Assembly: GCA_046754465.1 (NCBI GenBank)
Contig: JBHHVU010000009.1
Span: forward strand, 1-64,000
Origin: Nitrospinaceae bacterium
Lineage (GTDB): Bacteria; Nitrospinota; Nitrospinia; Nitrospinales; VA-1
Direction of reading: 5' to 3'
DNA: 64,000 bases
Of this stretch, positions 59,742 to 64,000 are shown in pieces. A program made the position numbers and the translations under genes. The notes beneath the pieces were generated by a model, which did not search any database, was not told the origin of the DNA, and saw only the letters and a list, made by a program, of their open reading frames with translations. Numbering within the stretch: the stretch's first letter is position 1; each line of letters starts with the position of its first letter.

Positions 59742-60329
59742 GTGGACGCCTTAAGGCTGTTTCTCGCGATCGATATTCCGGACTTCGCCCGGGAAAAAAT
59801 CGCCGAGGTTCAGAATGATTTCAAAATGCTGAATCTGGACGCCGCCTGGGTCAATCCGGCCAAAATTCACCTAACCATGAAGTTTTTAGGAAACACCCTC
59901 CCCCGGTTGATTCCTGAAATTAAAGAGCGTATGGTTAAAATCACTCTCCCGGTCCGGCGGTTCCATGTTTGTCTGGACCAGGTGGGCGTGTTTCCCAATT
60001 TAAACCGGCCGCGTGTCCTGTGGGTGGGCCTTCAGGATCCCCAAGGACAACTCATTGAATTGAGGAAAAAGATAGAAGACGAGATGGCCGGCCTGGATTT
60101 TCACCGGGAAACCAAAGCCGGGATTCCACACCTCACCCTGGCGCGGATCAAATCCGGCCGGAACAGGAGCCGGTTGAAGCAGGAAGTGGAGTCCGGCCGG
60201 AAAATATCGGCGGAACCGATCGAAGTGCGATCGGTGCACCTGATTCAAAGCCGGTTGACCCGAGAAGGACCGGTCTACACCGTGTTGGATCAGTTTCCCT
60301 TGAGTGGAACCGGGGACGGGCAATCATGA
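59742..60329 (+). CDS. thpR: RNA 2',3'-cyclic phosphodiesterase (2H family)
   Basis: RLFLAI, HLTMKFLG, PRVLWVG, PHLTLAR; upstream of recA. Confidence 0.92.
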   Translation: MDALRLFLAIDIPDFAREKIAEVQNDFKMLNLDAAWVNPAKIHLTMKFLGNTLPRLIPEIKERMVKITLPVRRFHVCLDQVGVFPNLNRPRVLWVGLQDPQGQLIELRKKIEDEMAGLDFHRETKAGIPHLTLARIKSGRNRSRLKQEVESGRKISAEPIEVRSVHLIQSRLTREGPVYTVLDQFPLSGTGDGQS

Positions 60330-60374
60330 ATCCAAAATTTGAACCGCTTCGCTCACCAGTCATAAGGAGGCTCC

Positions 60375-61454
60375 ATGGGGTCGGACGATAGAGAAAAAGC
60401 ATTGGAACTGGCGTTCATGCAGATCGAAAAACAATTTGGCAAAGGATCGATCATGAAACTGGGCCAGGCCGAAAGTCTGAAAGGGATCCCGGTCATATCC
60501 ACCGGGTCCATTTCCCTGGACAACGCGCTGGGAGTCGGCGGGGTGCCCCGGGGAAGGATCATCGAGATATTCGGTCCGGAGGCTTCGGGTAAGACCAGCA
60601 TCAGCCTTCACATCATCGCCGAGGCTCAAAAGGTTGGTGGGGTCGCGGCCTTCATCGACGCGGAACACGCGCTGGACCCCAAATACGCGAACGCGCTGGG
60701 AGTCAATCTGGATGACCTGCTTCTTTCCCAGCCGGACACCGGCGAGCAGACGCTGGAAATCGCCGAGGTCCTGGTCCGCAGCGGCGCGGTGGACTTGATT
60801 GTCATCGATTCCGTGGCCGCCCTGGTTCCCAAGGCGGAACTGGACGGTGATATGGGCGATTCACACATGGGCCTGCAAGCAAGATTGATGTCCCAGGCCA
60901 TGAGAAAACTCGCCGGTGTAGTCAACAAATCCAACACCTGTCTGATCTTCATCAACCAGATTCGGATGAAAATCGGGGTGATGTTCGGCAATCCCGAAAC
61001 CACCACCGGCGGCAATGCGCTCAAGTTTTACTCTTCCGTCCGGCTCGATATCCGCCGCATCGCCGCGATCAAGGATGGCGACAGGGTGATTGGTAATCGG
61101 ACGCGCATCAAAGTGGTCAAAAACAAGGTCGCTCCTCCTTTCCGGGATTGTGAATTCGATATCCGTTACGGGCTGGGGATTTCCAAGACCGCCGATCTTT
61201 TGGATTTGGCCGTTACCCATAATATTGTTTCCAAAAGCGGCACCTGGTTCTCCTATCAGGAAACCCGCATCGGCCAGGGACGTGAAAACGCCAGGAAATT
61301 CCTGGAGGAAGACACTGCCATGGCAGAGCGAATTGAAACACAACTGAGGGAAAAACTGGAATTGCCCATGCCGAACCAGGAGGAGCCCGTCTCTGCCAAT
61401 CCCGAACCACCAACCGGTAAAGGGAGGAAGACGGCAAAAACCGCCTCTTCCTGA
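60375..61454 (+). CDS. recA: Recombinase RecA
   Basis: [72 protein letters not shown]. Confidence 0.99.
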   Translation: MGSDDREKALELAFMQIEKQFGKGSIMKLGQAESLKGIPVISTGSISLDNALGVGGVPRGRIIEIFGPEASGKTSISLHIIAEAQKVGGVAAFIDAEHALDPKYANALGVNLDDLLLSQPDTGEQTLEIAEVLVRSGAVDLIVIDSVAALVPKAELDGDMGDSHMGLQARLMSQAMRKLAGVVNKSNTCLIFINQIRMKIGVMFGNPETTTGGNALKFYSSVRLDIRRIAAIKDGDRVIGNRTRIKVVKNKVAPPFRDCEFDIRYGLGISKTADLLDLAVTHNIVSKSGTWFSYQETRIGQGRENARKFLEEDTAMAERIETQLREKLELPMPNQEEPVSANPEPPTGKGRKTAKTASS

Positions 61455-61465
61455 ACCAGGAGGCC

Positions 61466-62023
61466 ATGCCAACCCACGATGAATTAAAAAAAGCCCGGTC
61501 GTTTGCTTTCAAGCTCCTTTCCTACAAAGACCGCACCCGGCAGGAAATCGCCGGCCGCCTGCTCCAAAAAGGATTTTCCTCTTCCATCATCCAAAAAACC
61601 CTCGACGGCTTGACCAGCCTCCACTACCTTGACGACAAGCGATTCGCCCTCGACTGGGGCCGTTCCCGCATCGAAACGAAAAAGGTAGCCAAACGAAAAC
61701 TCTGGCAGGAATTATCCGCCAAGGGGCTGGAACCGGAAATCATTGGCCAGACCCTGGACATTCTTTATTCCGAAATTGACGAAACCATGCTGGCGAAACG
61801 GTGCGCCCAAAAAAAACTTTCTCTCCTTAAGGGGCTCGGCCTGGAAATTCAGAAACGCCGGCTGGCTCAATTCCTGTACCGAAAGGGGTACCCCTCTGAC
61901 ATCATTTTCCAAACCGTGAATGAATTGATTCCCCGTTCCGGCGATGAGGCCCCTTCCCCCCTCGGGAGACGCCACCCAGTTCAGGACGGCGGAAAATCCT
62001 TCACCTCCTGTGACCCCGATTAA
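61466..62023 (+). CDS. recX: Regulatory protein RecX
   Basis: LLSYKDRTRQEI, YLDDKRFA, ELSAKG, FLYRKGY; directly after recA. Confidence 0.9.
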   Translation: MPTHDELKKARSFAFKLLSYKDRTRQEIAGRLLQKGFSSSIIQKTLDGLTSLHYLDDKRFALDWGRSRIETKKVAKRKLWQELSAKGLEPEIIGQTLDILYSEIDETMLAKRCAQKKLSLLKGLGLEIQKRRLAQFLYRKGYPSDIIFQTVNELIPRSGDEAPSPLGRRHPVQDGGKSFTSCDPD

Positions 62024-62026
62024 CCG

Positions 62027-62800
62027 ATGATGGATATTTCACTCGTCCTGCCTCATCCCGTAATAGCGGGAATGGTATTTGTATTCGGCCTTTTGATCGG
62101 AAGTTTTTCCAACGTGTGCATTTACCGGCTGCCCCGGCGGGAGTCGGTGGTGTTTCCTGGTTCGCGGTGTCCCGAATGCAGCACTCCCATCCGGGCGATG
62201 GACAATATTCCGGTCTTCAGTTACCTGTTTCTTCTGGGACAGTGCCGGTTCTGCGGTTCCCGCATTTCGTTCGTCTATCCTTTCACCGAACTGGTCACGG
62301 CGCTCCTGGTCACGGCGGTATTCTTGCGGTTCGGGTGGACCTGGGAATTCCTGATCTATGTCATTGTCTGCCCTGCCCTGTTAGTGATCACCGTCATCGA
62401 CGCCAGGCACAAGATCATTCCCGACAAAATCACCCTGCCCGGCATGGTTTTTGGCTTGGCCGCGGGAACGTATCTGGTCGGCATTTGGGCTTCCCTGCTC
62501 GGATTTCTCGTGGGCGGTGGTTTGTTTTACCTGGTCGCGGTATTGAGCCGGGGAGGAATGGGCGGCGGCGACATCAAGTTCATCGCCGCGGCCGGCGCTC
62601 TCCTGGGATGGAAAAAAATTCTCCTCATCATTTTTCTGGGAGCTGTATTAGGATCTATTGCCGGGCTGGCATGGATGGTGGTAAAGAAAAAAGGGCGGAA
62701 AAGCCAGATACCCTTTGGTCCCTTCCTCGCCGTGGGCACTTTAATCGCCATATTTTTCGGCGATGAACTCATTCACCTTTACCTGGTGATGATGACATAA
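62027..62800 (+). CDS. pilD: Prepilin peptidase / N-methyltransferase
   Basis: GSFSNVCIYRLP, SRCPEC, DNIP, CRFC, ID..HKIIP, GMGGGDIK, IPFGPFL. Confidence 0.93.
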   Translation: MMDISLVLPHPVIAGMVFVFGLLIGSFSNVCIYRLPRRESVVFPGSRCPECSTPIRAMDNIPVFSYLFLLGQCRFCGSRISFVYPFTELVTALLVTAVFLRFGWTWEFLIYVIVCPALLVITVIDARHKIIPDKITLPGMVFGLAAGTYLVGIWASLLGFLVGGGLFYLVAVLSRGGMGGGDIKFIAAAGALLGWKKILLIIFLGAVLGSIAGLAWMVVKKKGRKSQIPFGPFLAVGTLIAIFFGDELIHLYLVMMT

Positions 62801-62862
62801 AATTAACGATCCGGGTCAAGTCCCTTCGCTAATCATGAACCCTTTGAAAGAGGTTTCGAATC

Positions 62863-63498
62863 ATGGAAAACGATGAAAAGAATCAGGAAGGAATCTCACC
62901 CAAGGAGGAAAACGGGGATCAAGAAAAACCGGCCGGGCAAAAACCGGACGCCGCATTGGAGGCCCGCATCAGCAAAATGACCCAGTTGATGGAGACATTT
63001 TCATCGGAACTGGAAACCATTAAGTTAAATATTCAAAAAAGAAAAAGCGAAAACACCACCCTGAAAATCCTGTTCTATACCGGACTCATCGTCTTGCTTC
63101 TCGGTTTCCTTTATACCAACTCGACCCTGCAACGGGCCCAGCTCCAAAGCCTGGAATCCAATATCGATACCCTGCAGAACCGGATGAACCGGGAATTGGT
63201 CATCGTCGAAAAAAACCTGTACAGGGAAATCCAGCGAATCGAAGACAGGATCCAGGACCTGAGCGGAAACGATTTGATCGGCGTGCTCCAACGGATGAAC
63301 GACTCCCTCTCACGCTGGAATCCTGGAAACGAAAAGACCGCGGGACTGATCCAGGAAGTCCTGAAAAATTCCAGGGAACTCCTCGCGGTCTACGGGGAAC
63401 AGAAGAACTCACAAACGGAAAAACCGGAAACCGGGAAAAGCGCCGGCAAGGGAGAAGCAAAAAACACCGGATCGGATGACCGGGAGTTGAAGGAATAA
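62863..63498 (+). CDS. Hypothetical single-TM coiled-coil protein
   Basis: Central TM ILFYTGLIVLLLGFLY flanked by coiled coils; RBS GAGG. Confidence 0.75.
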   Translation: MENDEKNQEGISPKEENGDQEKPAGQKPDAALEARISKMTQLMETFSSELETIKLNIQKRKSENTTLKILFYTGLIVLLLGFLYTNSTLQRAQLQSLESNIDTLQNRMNRELVIVEKNLYREIQRIEDRIQDLSGNDLIGVLQRMNDSLSRWNPGNEKTAGLIQEVLKNSRELLAVYGEQKNSQTEKPETGKSAGKGEAKNTGSDDRELKE

Positions 63499-63503
63499 CC
63501 CCC

Positions 63504-64000
63504 TCATTCCACGGCAAAAACCATTTCGATTTCGTTCTGTTGGTCCGGTTCCGGTTGCCAGCCGAGGGCCGCGAGGTTTTCTGGCACCTGGTTTTCATTT
63601 TTGACCCCCACCAGGGCCGTCGTCAGCCCCGGTTGCCGGATCACCCAGTTGAGCGCCGTCTGACCGCAGGTTTTGCCCAGGGCCTGGGCGATTTTCTTCA
63701 ACCGGTCCACTTTCTCGATATTTTTCTCGAAACCCGCTCCCGTAAATGTCCCGAGTATCCCCTTGCTCCGCCAGTCGTCGAAACGGGTGGTTTTATCGTA
63801 TTTTCCCGTAAGCACCCCGGAGGCAAGCGGACTGTATGCGATGATGCCGATATCGTTTTCGACGCAAAAGGGGACGGTCTCCTGCTCGATGGACCGATTC
63901 AGAAGGCTGTACTCGGGCTGCAAAGAGACCAGGGTTCCAAATTTCAGGCATTCTTTCATCTGCTCCACGGAATAATTACTCACACCGATGAAACGGATCT
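63504..64000 (-). CDS. Aldo/keto reductase (5' end outside the window)
   Basis: IRFIGVSNYS, QPEYSLLNR, IIAYSPLASGVLTGKY, QTALNW. Confidence 0.9.
   Translation of the reverse strand, partial: IRFIGVSNYSVEQMKECLKFGTLVSLQPEYSLLNRSIEQETVPFCVENDIGIIAYSPLASGVLTGKYDKTTRFDDWRSKGILGTFTGAGFEKNIEKVDRLKKIAQALGKTCGQTALNWVIRQPGLTTALVGVKNENQVPENLAALGWQPEPDQQNEIEMVFAVE

Noticed and set aside
60330..60374. LexA/SOS box upstream of recA
   Set aside because: No match to the CTGT-N8-ACAG or GAAC-N4-GTTC patterns I can recognise.

Overview
A gene-dense, GC-rich bacterial chromosomal segment. Gene content (NhaD, FGE-family and multiheme proteins, thpR-recA-recX-pilD) loosely suggests a Gram-negative environmental lineage such as Nitrospinota or a deltaproteobacterium; this is inference only. 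Housekeeping content: ispA-dxs-hisB-hisH, nhaD, comF, argD-argF, tgt, sfsA, dtd, a lipoate-ligase-family gene, thpR-recA-recX-pilD, and a respiratory complex I operon nuoA-M on the minus strand. That operon lacks nuoN, which stands alone about 15.5 kb away on the opposite strand. The most unusual elements are: (i) an 8-kb gene for an exported ~2,670-aa protein with a TolB/PD40 propeller, TPR arrays, an internal catalytically degenerate CHAT (caspase-like) module and a C-terminal intact CHAT domain; (ii) an exported protein fusing two heme-c motifs to an FGE/SUMF1 domain that keeps a C-x4-C motif; (iii) a lipoprotein with a secretory phospholipase A2 signature in which the Ca-binding Asp is replaced by Gln; (iv) a 2TM + PLD-like + lectin-like protein in a DUF4159/VWA operon; (v) a consensus sigma-54 promoter in front of a 97-aa orphan gene. 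I found no rRNA, tRNA, CRISPR array, transposase or integrase. All calls are by-eye motif recognition; no database searches were run. Several start codons were moved relative to the supplied ORF track.
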